A stretch of 64,000 nt of DNA. Source: Eledone cirrhosa. Taxonomy: Eukaryota. The stretch spans positions 85,746,001 through 85,810,000 of the forward strand of contig OZ024747.1 of NCBI GenBank assembly GCA_964016885.1, read 5' to 3'. The notes beneath the pieces are model-generated. The model saw only the letters and a list, made by a program, of their open reading frames with translations. It made no database searches and was not told the origin of the DNA. Positions 43,325-58,339 of this stretch are shown in pieces. A program made the translations under genes and the position numbers. How positions within the stretch are numbered: the first letter of the stretch is position 1; every line of letters starts with the position of its first letter.

Positions 43325-43689
43325 CTCTCTCTCTCTCCCCATCTCTCTCTCACACACACACACAGGCACGTACACACACAGACAGATCTAGAAAAAAACA
43401 TGCCATAAAGTGATTTAGAGATCAAATCATTCTTAGTATAAAAAATGCGTTGACTCCGGCTGAGTTTCTATCTCTTCTTCCCAGTTGCAGCACATTGGTT
43501 TGTAGCAAATATTATTTATTTGTAATGGTCCAAAAACCAATCGCCTTGTCTTGTGTCAATTTATTACTGTCCAATGTCTATTGGAGCTAATGTTATGGAC
43601 CATAACAAACCGAAGCCATGATGACCACCAGCAGTTGACTGGTGAATGGGGACTGTACTGTGTTTTGTCCGTTTTTCCATTGTTTTCAT

Positions 43690-43980
43690 CCACTATATTT
43701 GATTCATTGTATGATCTTCCCCATGCAGGACACTTCTCCAACTTAATATGTATTAAATTTGACACCACCTGCGTTCTCTGTGCTCTTATCTTTCTTTTTC
43801 TCACTTACTTTCCCCTCTTCAATGTGTCTGTCTATACAAGACTTACGTCGAAACGAACAATTGTTTCCCTCACTTTGTCTTTTGTGCATACCTTCCCTAC
43901 TTGGCCAACATGTTGGGCTTTGTTTCTATTTCATAGATTTTCTTTCATCCCGAATAGCTATCTGTGGATACTCAGTGGAT
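43690..43980 (-). pseudogene. Possible decayed Gypsy gag zinc-knuckle region
   Basis: EKCPAWGRSYNE resembles gag 'CPAWG..C..C'; the rest is heavily degraded. Confidence 0.3.
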
Positions 43981-44218
43981 TCTATTGATGCACTGGTGGC
44001 ACATAGTCATGTATTATAAAGCATCCGAAACTATAATGATGCCCAAAAGACAGCCGATCAATGGGAATTGTTCGTACATATGCTTGTCTCTTCCCAGTTT
44101 CCTGTTTCATATATTTCTCCCATATATATATTTGAAAAAAGGAAAAGAATGACTTCACTTGTAATTTGATTTAATTATATAATTTGATTTAATTTTATAA
44201 TATTGTAATATTATGAGT

Positions 44219-44386
44219 TGGTAGACCTAGTAAGTTCTTTGTTAACTTCGGTGGGAAGAATTTTAAAGATTGTCAAACTGAGATCAATCGCCACCGATGA
44301 ATGCGAGAAAGTTCTCCAAGAAAGTTAACCAAGGATCTTTAAAATTCTTCCCACCGAAGTTAACAAAGAAATTCCTAGATCTACCA
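44219..44386. repeat. Inverted repeat with ~52-bp arms
   Basis: tggtagacctag..ttctttgttaacttcggtgggaagaattttaaagat and its reverse complement. Confidence 0.88.
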
Positions 44387-44472
44387 TTGCCTTTCATCCT
44401 TACGGGGTCGATAAAATAAAGTACCAGTACTGGGTAATTGCTGGCCTTGTGCAAATAGTAGAAACAATTATT
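44387..44472 (+). mobile_element. SINE family A, headless 3' half
   Basis: Begins at ttgcctttcatcc. Confidence 0.88.
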
Positions 44473-44572
44473 ATAATATAAAGTTAAATAAAATTATTTA
44501 GAACTACAAGTGAAGTCATTCTTTTCATTTTTTTCAAATATACCTAACTGTACCAAGGATCTCACACATTTT

Positions 44573-44691
<119 letters not shown>

Positions 44692-44867
44692 TTATGTCTG
44701 CTTCTTGGTTAAATATTTCAAACAAATGTGGTTTTTCAACCCTTGTAATTTTAGACACACGGTTTACTGTGTTTCTTACTATATATTATTAATCGGCTCA
44801 GTATTTTATACTTGGAGCTTAATAGTTGCAGGGTTCCAATTGGAGTTTTAACTCTAATTTTCATTTA

Positions 44868-45049
<182 letters not shown>

Positions 45050-45287
45050 CATATATATACTACCATTACAATTGAAGTCAACAATACCAAGAACATAGAA
45101 CGAGCCAGTACTACTTTCACTACCATTGCTGCAATTATAGTCAACACCACTAAGGAGGAAAGAAAGAGAGAAAGCAATAAACAAAACTGTGAACTCTTCT
45201 ATATATATGTATGTAAACCATGTTATTTTATACCATATTCTTATTAATATACAACTTAAATCCATTATGTTATTATACACTTCCGTA

Positions 45288-45325
45288 GTATGAAGAAGCC
45301 CACGTAGCTGAAACCGGTACGATAG
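45288..45325 (+). ncRNA. Degenerate minimal hammerhead
   Basis: aTGAAGA-agc ccacgta gct-GAAAC-CG-GTA; C3 mutated, stem I poor; AATAAA downstream. Confidence 0.45.
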
Positions 45326-45451
45326 ATTTCTTTTTTATGAATAAATGTTTTGCTGTTATTCTATGAGAAAATCCCATTAGCATTTTCTACTGTTTTTTTC
45401 TTTTTTACTATTATATCTATCAGCTCGTGTGTCACTTCTCAACATTCTAAA

Positions 45452-45486
<35 letters not shown>

Positions 45487-45669
45487 GTGTGCGTGTGTCC
45501 GTGTGTGCGCGCGCGCGCACATGTGTGTGTGTAACACTTAAGAAACAACTTTTGTCCGTAAGAATAGTTTATTTCTAAACAACCCCGCTGACACGTTGTT
45601 TCTGTTATTGCATCTCTGTGTCAGTCTTGTTATTCTCTAACACACACACATACCCCCCCCCCACACACA

Positions 45670-45813
<144 letters not shown>

Positions 45814-46126
45814 GTATCAAACAGACACAAACATCATCCTTAGTGGATCTGAAAGAAATGTTTTACAATATTGTTTTTCTATTTTCCAGTAGATGTCTCT
45901 GCATGTCCTCTGCCACTGTTGTTGAAGTTATTGTTGTCGTGCTTGTTGTTGTAGTGGCATGTTGTTGCTGCCGTTGTTGTTTTTGGAAACTTCACTGACG
46001 CGTAGTTTTCAATATTTAGATTCCGCGCTGTTTCTCTGATGTTGTTATGTGGCGGTGGGTAACGAGTGGCTAGGGTTTACACTAATAACATTGAAACATT
46101 TCTCAAATTTAAAGATCTGAACGATG

Positions 46127-46187
<61 letters not shown>

Positions 46188-46199
46188 TTTTTATGCTCT

Positions 46200-46919
46200 T
46201 TATCTAACATGGTCTTAGAATATATAAATGCACGTGATCTGGGGTCGTCTTGGAAGGGGACCACCTGCCCAACGACCTGAAACATAGATGTTATGGCCAT
46301 CAGCAAGACCAGAATGTCCAAGGTGCGGGGCCTTCGCACCCATTTTCAGTGCTACGAGATGTATGCATCTTCAAGCCCTCTGGCATCTGTTGGCAGAGTC
46401 ACTGTGTTGTTTCGGAAAGGCTTGGATCTCACCATTGGGACCATCTTCCTGGACCCTAAAGTAAGTTGTTGATGCTGGACGTGACCAGCAGCGAAGGTAT
46501 GCTTTCAGACCAGTGGCTGCTGTCTATGCCTAGATAGGGGCAAGACGACTCTTTTTTTTCAATCGCTTCCAGACCTTTCTAGGAATGCTCGCTCTTTAGT
46601 AGAGGAAAATCAGGGTAGAGAGGAAAGTGTTGCCTTCTAAGCTGTTTGTTGAAAGTTGGGTGAGCATAGCCAGAGTGAATGCCCCAGTCGATTCGAGGGA
46701 ACATGCCCTTAGCGGTCAAGGTGATTGTGGTTTTTGTGGGCTTTTTTCCATGTGAGCTTCGGAAGTCCCCTCTTTGGGCAATTTATTTTGTTTGAATTTA
46801 TACCTGTTTCTCTTTTTTATATTAGAAATGTTTTACACACCAAAACCAACAGTGTACCGTCCCCTATCGTCTTGTTTTCTTAATGTGAGCCCTGCGTGGC
46901 TAATAAAGAAATCATTATT
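46200..46919 (+). mobile_element. Internally deleted L1/Tx1-like LINE (APE endonuclease N-terminus fused to ORF2 C-terminus and 3' UTR)
   Basis: INARDL..IDVMAISKTR..GRVTVLFRK..FLDP..LLMLDV..AVYA*..FF, then RKIRVERKVL..FVESW; ends ggctaataaagaaatcattatt. Confidence 0.75.
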
Positions 46920-46996
46920 TAAGTGTAGATAAAAAGGGTTTCCTTCTCAATTACATAGTATTTCAAGTGTTTGTGGTACACTGTGTCTCTTTCATC

Positions 46997-47042
<46 letters not shown>

Positions 47043-47144
47043 ACGTTCATACACAATAAGGCTACTATGAGTTTCTCTCCATTCTTATACACACACACAC
47101 ATATGTACATACATACACAAACACACACACTCACACACACACTT

Positions 47145-48245
<1,101 letters not shown>

Positions 48246-49763
48246 CCAAGTAGGAGTACGATGAAGTCTCTCCTATGTCCAGACACAATAGCTTCAATAT
48301 CATGGAAATATTTGTTAATGTCAACAAAGATACCCAGACACAAGTGTGGTTTTAGTGTGGTGGAATATGATGTACGTGAAGGGAAGGACTTGGGGCTGGT
48401 TAGGCCGTTGTGGGAATCGGTGGGGAGTGGGGGGGGGGGCTGTTGTAGGGTAGATGAGTGGGGTGGTAGTGAGATAGCGGGGTGACGGCGGTGCAATGGA
48501 GATACAGTCATGATGGAAGAAGCTGGAGAAGGGATGGAGTCGGCTACCGTAAATGTATGGCTATGTCTGTGTTTGTAAGTACATGTGTGTGTCTGTGTAT
48601 GTGTGTGTGTGTGTGTATATAAATAAATATATATGTATACACACACACGCATACACACGCACACACACATATATATATTTGTGTATAAATATATATAGGT
48701 GTACATACATGCACACACATACTCTTACAGAAACACTCACACACACACACAAACACACATACACACATATATATTTGCGTGTGTATATAAATATATATAT
48801 GTGTACATACATGCACACACACATACATACACACACACACATATATATATTTGAGTGTGTGTGGTGTGGAGAAGACATTAGTTATTGTTTTTTTTTTCTT
48901 TTTTCTCCACCCATTTTTGTCTTGTTAATTGAGGGTAGTGACGACAGCGCCACCTCAATTAACAAACTACCACTACCAGCACCACCACCACCACCTCTAC
49001 CACCACTACCACCACCGTATCTCCCCATCTCGCCGCCACCGCTGCCGCCGCAACCAAAACCACCACCACCACCACCACACCACCAACAACAACAAAAACA
49101 AAAAGAACAACAGCTACCACCACCACCACCACCATCTACCACCACCACCTACGCTGTCTCACCATCACCGACCCTCCGCCTCACCCTGGTACGTCGTCCT
49201 TTCATAATGTAATTCTATGAAAGCCACCCCTCTTTTCTTCTATGAACAACACTCCAGACTAATAAAATCACGATATCTACATTAACCTCCTCAATTACCC
49301 CCCAACACCACCACCACTACCACATACCCTTTTGTATATCGTCATCCACCCTTCCACCTTTGTTACATTTACAGCTATCTGCCCAACTCCACTACCTTAT
49401 CATATCCACAACATACCCCACCCCTATTGTCTCCACCCAGCTACTTTAATCGCTACAAAACTTTCAAAGGTTCTACCCGATTGTCGCATCATAACCCCAA
49501 TAACAGAAACCTTTATTATATTTAATGCAAAAACAACAACAATAATAAATTTAAGCCCCTTCAAAAAGGAAAACGATCAGCATTCACCCGGTTTGTCTCC
49601 CACCCACATATCCCAATCTTTCTTTATCATTCCCCATCCACCCGACACTACGTAATACCATAACACGCTCTTTCACCCACACAACTAACCAGTTACCACT
49701 CTTTAATCACGATATCAAAGAACGCTTACACGCAAATTCGATATATTAGTCACACACACATAC

Positions 49764-49823
<60 letters not shown>

Positions 49824-49977
49824 CATATATAAATATATATATATTTATATATATTTATAATATACATATATATATATATGTTAGCTATGAAGAGTCACGA
49901 CATAGTACCATCCAAATGGAAGGGGATAGCTGAGGGAGGGTGTGAGTTTTCCTCTTTGTTCTCGCCTCTCTGAATAA

Positions 49978-50163
49978 GGGCGGTGGATTGGCAGTAGAGG
50001 GTCAGACGCCATGCTTTGCAGCAAAGAGTTACGGCCCTTTATGGTCTGAGTTCAAATCCCGCCGAGGTTAACATTACCTTTCATCCTTACGGGGTCGAAT
50101 AAAGTACCAGTAATGTACTGGTGTAATTGGTGACCTTGTGCCAAAAGTAGAAACAATTATTAT
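49978..50163 (+). mobile_element. SINE family A
   Basis: B box, central domain, tail. Confidence 0.9.
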
Positions 50164-50431
50164 TTGTCAACCTACTCACTTCAGTCTCCTAGTTAAAAGA
50201 CACTCACATGTTGTTCCCTGTCTCTATGTTTTAGTGTTGTTTCATATGCATCTTTCCGGTGACTTGTTTTAAGTCGTCCTCCAGCCTGGGCTCAGTACTA
50301 TGCAATTTCACTCTTATGCACAAAAGTGCATTCCCAGTGGGTGGCTGATGGCGAATGTAGATGCTTTTGTTCATCTATTTTAAGTATTCCTTTCTTTTTT
50401 GTGTACAGCTTTGCTATATATACATATATAG

Positions 50432-50521
<90 letters not shown>

Positions 50522-50662
50522 ACACACACACATATGTATATGTATATATTTATCTATATATATATGTGTATGTGTGTGTGTATGTGTATGTATGTATAAA
50601 TACATATGTATATGTTTATATTAATATATATTCATGTGTGTATGTGTGTATGTATATGTATA

Positions 50663-51273
50663 CGTCAGGTCACCAGTTGGTGCTACTGGTAACATGTATC
50701 CCAGTACAACCTGTCCCATGGTCGGGTCGTTGGCGACTAAACTGGCAACCCCACCATGGTTTCTTGGTGAGGAGGGTGACTTTGGACATCCTGCAGGACT
50801 AAAAACAAAACCTGTCAAAGGGCAAAGGAGCTCTTAAGAGTCAATGGCCATCCAAAATTACCGGGAGAGATGACCCCTTAGCCTTTGTCAAGGCAGAATT
50901 CTAGGAGAAGGAAAACTCTGATATAACACCTGCAACTCTGATGGTATCCAATGATGTTGACTTGTTCTTCTTTTTGGTAAATATCATCTTGGTTAAGAGA
51001 GTGGGACTGGCTTTGTGCAGTGCCTTTGCTCACTATAAAAGCTTCACGGCACAGGCATTGCTTTATATCTGGAGATCTCTCTGCACTTGTCATCACATGG
51101 TACCATGGGCCCAGCACTATGTGTCAATAATTGTCACAAGTGTAGTGTTTGTACCAGAGTTTTCAAGTCGCTGGCTGGACTAAAAAGTCACACTCGTTGA
51201 GCGCATCGGTAGGAGTTCTCCTACATGGATATAAAGTAGTGGCCGTACTCGAAAACGAGTTGGCAGCCACCAT
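50663..51273 (+). mobile_element. Family C RTE-type element, copy 3 (longest 5' end)
   Basis: Near-identical to the other copies from 50677. Confidence 0.85.
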
Positions 51274-51712
51274 GTGTATATGTATGTATGTATACATGTA
51301 AGTATGTGTATATGTATGTGTATATGTATGTATGTATGTATGTGTATATGTATGTATGCATGTGTGTGTGTTGTTGGGTGATGATTGTCCACTCGTTTCC
51401 AAAGGAAGACCATCACTGACTATGAAAAGAATCGTATTTTCGATATCAGAATGACGCCGGCCACCGTCACGACTACCACCACCACCACCACCACCACCAC
51501 TACCACCACCACCACCACCACCACCACCACCACCACCACCACCACTACCATAACCACCACCACCACCACCACCACCTTTACCAGCACCACCACCACCAAC
51601 AACAACAACAACTATAAGAAGAAAGTGATTGTTGAAGACAAGTTTCAATAATTGGGTGACGACGTTTCCAATTAAATATGTAATGAGACGGTGTTTAGAG
51701 CTAATTAACTGA

Positions 51713-52007
51713 ATGTATGTATGTATGTATGTATGTATGTATGTATGTATGTATGTATGTATGTATGTATGTATGTATGTATGTATGTATGTATATATGT
51801 ATGTATGTATGTATATATGTAAGTATATATGTATGTATGTATGTATATATGTATGTATGTATGTATATATGTATGTATGTATATATGTATGTATGTATAT
51901 ATGTATGTATGCATGTATGTATGTATGTATATATGTATGTATGCATGTATGTATGTATGTATGTATGTATGTATGTATGTATGTATGTATGTATATATGT
52001 ATGTATG

Positions 52008-52041
<34 letters not shown>

Positions 52042-52506
52042 TGTATGTATGTATGTATGTATGTATATATGTATGTATGTATATATGTATGTATGTATGT
52101 ATGTATGCATGTAGGTATGTATGTATGTATATATGTAAGTATATATGTATGTATGTATATATGTATGTATGTATATATGTATGTATGTATATATGTATGT
52201 ATGTATATATGTATGTATGCATGTATGTATGTATGTATATATGTATGTATGCATGTATGTATGTATGTATGTTAGTATGTATATATGTAAGTATATATGT
52301 ATGTATGTATATATGTATGTATGTATGTATGTATATATGTATGTATGTATATATGTATGTATGTATATATGTATGTATGCATGTATGTATGTATGTATGT
52401 ATGTATATATGTATGTATGTATATATGTATGTATGTATGTATGTATGCATGTAGGTATGTATGTATGTATATATGTATGTAGGTATGTATGTATGTATGT
52501 ATGTAT
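51713..52506. repeat. (TATG)n tract
   Basis: Direct inspection. Confidence 0.95.
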
Positions 52507-52509
52507 AAA

Positions 52510-52869
52510 GAAAACTCTGATATAACACCTGCAACCCTGATGGTATCCAATGATGTTGACTTGTTCTTCTTTTTGGTAAATATCATCTTGGTTAAGAGAG
52601 TGGGACTGTCTTTGTGCAGTGCCTTTGCTCACTATAAAAGCTTCACGGCACAGGCATTGCTTTATATCTGGAGATCTCTCTGCACTTGTCATCACATGGT
52701 AACATGGGCCCAGCACTGTGTGTCAATAATTGTCACAGGTGTAGTGTTTGTACCAGAGTTTTCAAGTCGCTGGCTGAACTAAAAAGTCACACTCGTTCAG
52801 CGCATCGATAGTTCTCCTACATGGATATAAAGTAGTGGCCGTACTCGAAAACGAGTTGACAGCCACCAT
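52510..52869 (+). mobile_element. Family C RTE-type element, copy 4 (5'-truncated) with (TATG)n tail
   Basis: Same 3' end, shorter 5' end. Confidence 0.85.
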
Positions 52870-52966
52870 GTATGTATGTATGTATGTATGTATGTATGTA
52901 TGTATGTATGTATGTATGTATGTATGTATGTATGTATGTATGTATGTATGTATGTAGGTAGGTAGG

Positions 52967-53027
<61 letters not shown>

Positions 53028-53116
53028 ATATGTATGTATGTGTTTCTGTGTGTATGCAAATACACTTACTTGTGTTCATATATTTACATATATAATTGTA
53101 TAAATTTACATATAGC

Positions 53117-53225
<109 letters not shown>

Positions 53226-53441
53226 GCACACACATACACGTACACATCTAGAATCATAGACACACGAAAAACATGAATACTTATATGTATAGACAAAAAC
53301 CATTATCAGTGCATTGCAGTTCAGGATATAGGTGTCCTCTGAGTGTAAACAAGGGGGAGGACTCCTCTCCATTGTTTACATTCGCAGAGTATATTAGTAT
53401 AAAGAACGAGGAATCAGTAATGCATTAAACCTCAATTTATT

Positions 53442-53535
53442 AACATATTACATATGTTTCTTCGTTGCTCAGCTCGAGGCAGGATCTGTTACAGATCGAA
53501 CCCGACTCTGCATTCGAAGAGTCTTCAGATACGTC
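53442..53535 (-). ncRNA. Type I hammerhead motif with a long stem II
   Basis: Minus strand: gacgtat-CTGAAGA-ctcttcg..(~55 nt)..cgaa-GAAAC-ATAT-GTA|atatgtt, then AATAAA. Confidence 0.7.
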
Positions 53536-53572
53536 TTGTGTGTTCAAACACACAAGACACACACACATACAC

Positions 53573-53603
<31 letters not shown>

Positions 53604-53610
53604 TACATAC

Positions 53611-53656
<46 letters not shown>

Positions 53657-53823
53657 GGGATAACAGATTATTGTTATAGTTAGTCCACTTAGGTGTAGTC
53701 TAGTTAGGGTACTCCGAGTAGTGGATGATATCACCGCTTGGCTAAGTTTGACTCAACAAGGCGTTTCCATAGTGATGCTGCGAGTATGCGGTGATTTCTA
53801 TGTTGTAAACACTTGGAGTAATG

Positions 53824-54163
53824 ATAAATCAAGAAAGAAGAGTGACACGGTTTGCTATACAAAAAAGGTTTTTAATCTCATTGCTGACAATTGTTTCTCT
53901 GAATTGGTAGGTCTAGAGATCGCCACCCGCTTGTTTTCACGTCATTCGATCACCAATACATAGTTGTAACCAGTCAATTCATCAGAGCATTCTCGCAAGC
54001 TCTGATGAATTGACTGGTTACAACTATGTATTGGTGATCGAATGACGCGAAAACAAGCGCGTGGCGATCTCTAGACCTACCAGTTCAGAGAAACAATTGT
54101 CAGCAATGAGATTAAAAACCTTTTTTGTATAGCAAACCGTGTCACTCTTCTTTCTTGATTTAT
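53824..54163. mobile_element. Fold-back element, 165-bp arms with a 10-nt loop, hammerhead in each arm
   Basis: About three mismatches between arms; gct-CTGATGA(54002)-long stem II-GAAAC(54090)-AATT-GTC|agc, then ATTAAA. Confidence 0.88.
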
Positions 54164-54269
54164 ATATATATATATTAAAGTGTTAAACAATATTCAATGA
54201 TTATGTCAAAGAATGAGCTTTAGAGTAGATTGGAAGCACTCAACGATATATAATTTTCTGGAGTTATTA

Positions 54270-54562
54270 ATATTAAAATATAAGTATTAATAAAATAGAT
54301 GTTCTTTTGATCAATTACATTTTATTATACATATTTCGGATGTACAACAGTACATCCTCATCAGACAAAATATAATGATACATGACATACCCTTAGATGT
54401 TAAATGGTTAAGATTACCTTGATTATATCTTAACCATTTAACATCTCAGGGTATGTCATGTATCATTATATTTTGTCTGATGAGGACGTACTGTTGTACA
54501 TCCGAAATATGTATAATAAAATGTAATTGATCAAAATAACATCTATTTTATTAATACTTATA

Positions 54563-54571
<9 letters not shown>
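54270..54571. mobile_element. Fold-back element, 145-bp arms with a 12-nt loop, hammerhead-like core in each arm
   Basis: CTGATGA-ggatgtac tgtt gtacatcc-GAAAT-AT-GTA then AATAAA; ends in (TA)n. Confidence 0.85.
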
Positions 54572-54643
<72 letters not shown>

Positions 54644-55071
54644 CCTCAGAGAAAAAAACAAAAACATTTGCATTACAGTAAAATGATATATTAACACCAA
54701 TGGTCATCCAATTGAGTTTGATGGATCACTTTATATATGCTCTAGGTAGATGTTTGAGCTACATATGTTGAACATTTCGTGTGAAAACATTCCTGAGAAG
54801 CTATAAGGCCGATAACTGCTGTAAGAATTACTCTCTTTTTTTTTGTAAAGCTCTCTGTAAAAATGAACAAACTCCATTAGGTTTTTATTTGAATAATTCC
54901 CCGGTGAGGAGCGGGATAAAGGGTTTCATTAAAGAACTACGTCTAACGTGAATATTTAGGTACATCTCATCACAGGTAATTTCGGGAACTTTCGCATTTA
55001 GTTGGCAACAATATATATATTTATATATATATATAGTTGGCAACAATATATATATATATATATATAGTTGG

Positions 55072-55145
<74 letters not shown>

Positions 55146-55159
55146 TATATATATGTATG

Positions 55160-55241
<82 letters not shown>

Positions 55242-55338
55242 CATATGATATGTAGGTTCAAGTGTGGTGTCAGGGTTAACGACAGTTTAAAAAGGTACTC
55301 AATAATTAGGTAGGATACAGACATCTTTATTATATATA

Positions 55339-55392
55339 GGAATGATGATTTCATAAGAACGAAACAGTTCTAGTCCTGTAGAAGTCATTTCT
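55339..55392 (+). ncRNA. Damaged second copy of the 48034 hammerhead family
   Basis: tgatgatttc ataa gaacGAAACAGttctagtcCTGTA|gaagtcatt; part of the 5' strand of stem I and C3 lost. Confidence 0.65.
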
Positions 55393-55393
55393 C

Positions 55394-55507
<114 letters not shown>

Positions 55508-55717
55508 AGAATAGAAAAAACGAGGAAGTTTAGTTTACATATGAAAAATATTTATCGCCTATCGACCTGTTACGCGCGTTTCGCAGAGGATTGGCTCAAG
55601 GTGACCCATAGGGGTTATGGACCCGACTCCAGTATCGATTTACTCCCCAGATTGGTGATGCGACAAAAGATATATTTTTCATATGTAAACGAAACTTTGT
55701 CGTTTTTTTTTCTATTA
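55508..55717. repeat. Imperfect inverted repeat (~45-bp arms) enclosing a decayed hammerhead on the minus strand
   Basis: atagaaaaaacga..agttt.gtttacatatgaaaaatat and its reverse complement; minus strand gcGAAAC-GCGC-GTA. Confidence 0.6.
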
Positions 55718-55827
55718 TATACACTCTACCTGTGCATTTGAGTGCTTGATTTGGTATCAACACCAGTATTTCAGCGTACTACCTACACTATATATATATA
55801 TGTATATATAGTGTATATATTGCTCGG

Positions 55828-55878
55828 ATCTAGCTGTCGAAACGGCCGCAGCTCAGCCGTCGGGGTCCTGACTCTTTT

Positions 55879-55883
<5 letters not shown>
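55828..55883 (+). mobile_element. Family D fragment
   Basis: tctagctgtcgaaacggccgcagctcagccgtcggggtcctgactcttttcctat followed by (TA)n. Confidence 0.7.
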
Positions 55884-55927
<44 letters not shown>

Positions 55928-56169
55928 CTTAGAGTTTAGACTCAATGGGGTCATATATATATATATATATGAAAAACAAGGTTAGAGGAATACTGCGTGG
56001 TTGCACATGGGTTACATATTATAAAATTAGTCCCTCATCAGTGATTTGCCAACCATCATTGGTATTTCATCGCATTAATATATATATATATATATATATA
56101 TACACCAACTCAGTCATTCTTTTCCTTCTTTTCAAATATACCTAACTGTACCAAGGATCTCACATATTT

Positions 56170-56276
<107 letters not shown>

Positions 56277-56420
56277 AAGAGAGAGTTAGTTGTTTTGTGA
56301 TCAGCTGCCTTTTATGTAACAAATGTCAAGCACTCAACGATATATGTTTATCCGAATAATAAACAAAAGAAAAAACACACACGTAAATAGGGATGGACTA
56401 ATGTAACTGTCTTTTTTGTT

Positions 56421-56453
56421 TATATGTGTGTGTGTGTGTGAGTACACACTTTA

Positions 56454-56546
<93 letters not shown>

Positions 56547-56585
56547 TATACATATTAAAGTGTGTACTCACACACACACATATAT
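56421..56585. repeat. Palindrome centred on a (TA)n tract
   Basis: tgtgtgagtacacactttaatatgta-(TA)n-tacatattaaagtgtgtactcacaca. Confidence 0.85.
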
Positions 56586-56710
56586 ATACATTAACACACA
56601 CACTCGCATATTAAAAAAAAACTGTTATAGTTTTTCATTTTCCTATAATTATTTTTATAAAACCAAAATTCCAACGTTCAAATCTAATCAGAAAGACAGA
56701 GGTGGAGGGG

Positions 56711-56788
<78 letters not shown>

Positions 56789-56983
56789 AAGAGAGGAGGG
56801 GGAGAGAATGTGTGAGGTAAAGAGAGTTATGGTGGAGTGTGTAGTCAGATTAATGCAGTGAATCGTAACGAAAGAATCATAAAATATCACAGTTGATTGA
56901 ATGGTATTTAGTGCTAGCGATGTCAGATAGTGCACCATCAACGGAGACAACTCGCTACAACTTAATATCTCTCGCTCTCTCTC

Positions 56984-57024
<41 letters not shown>

Positions 57025-57066
57025 ACACGCACGTACATATACATGCATATGTTTACATACATATGT

Positions 57067-57105
<39 letters not shown>

Positions 57106-57196
57106 GTAATAGTAATAAATGTGAAGACTAAAATCCAAAGAGGGCTCGATAAGGATAAATATATATCAAATATATAAGAACCGTAGAGCAAATATT

Positions 57197-57296
57197 TATT
57201 AAAATAACAGATTAAAGTTTAAGCAAAGAATCGCTGCTTTCACCCTTGACGTTAAGGGGGAAAGCAGCGATTCTTTGCTTAAACTTTAATCTGCTA

Positions 57297-57304
<8 letters not shown>
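57197..57304. repeat. Hairpin with ~52-bp arms; one arm partly repeated at 9691-9725
   Basis: tattaaaataacagattaaagtttaagcaaagaatcgctgctttc..gaaagcagcgattctttgcttaaactttaatctgctattttaata. Confidence 0.88.
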
Positions 57305-57353
<49 letters not shown>

Positions 57354-57374
57354 GTTTATATATATGTATATATA

Positions 57375-57450
57375 CAGGTTGTCACAAAATATGTATATAC
57401 ACTTCAACAGCATTCTAATAAATATGTGTATACACTTTTGGGACATCCTG
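57375..57450. mobile_element. Tiny Tc1/mariner-type MITE
   Basis: TA|CAGGTTGTCACAAAA...TTTTGGGACATCCTG|TA. Confidence 0.7.
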
Positions 57451-57504
57451 TAGATATATGCATAAATCGATATATACATACATATATATATATATATATA
57501 TATG

Positions 57505-57580
<76 letters not shown>

Positions 57581-58245
57581 TTAATTCGTCATTGAGCCAC
57601 ACCGTGAATGGTTGCCAAAAACATATATATCTATATCTATGGCTCTGTCTAGTTTATGTATATGTAAACCTCTGTATTTTATATACTCCCGTAAGGTTGA
57701 GTAAAACTTTAGGCAGTATTCGGCTGCGCTTTCTAACAACCAGCCTACTCTCCGTCAGGCACCAATCACAAGCTTACTGACTTGACCACTGGCCATGTGA
57801 CAATTCTTAGCCATTTTGGATTCGTTTCTGGCGGGGATCATTTAAGAAAAATCTTTGTCCAATTGAGTTTGTTTCCTGATGATTTCGAAACTCGTTGATT
57901 TATCCATGATCGGATATTTGAAAAAAGCGAATGAAACTTCCGGGGGTAGAAACATGTTTTTGGTATGTTTATGTACATTTTTTCTTCTAACTTTGATTTT
58001 GTACCTAATTGTGTATGGTTAACTACATGTCTAGTCAATTTCTACGGGCTATTTGAAATACTGGGTAAATCATCTGTGGCTGTGGATCGCAGATAAAATA
58101 GCTATCATTTATTTATCTATTGTTTCTTCATGAGTACATTTTAAACTTATAGCCTCGTTTAATTGATATTTTATGTGGTTGATTATGCTGGTTGGGAGAA
58201 GAAATACTGTATATATTTTATCAAATGATTCTATGGACTAACTTT

Positions 58246-58332
<87 letters not shown>

Positions 58333-58339
58333 ATATATA

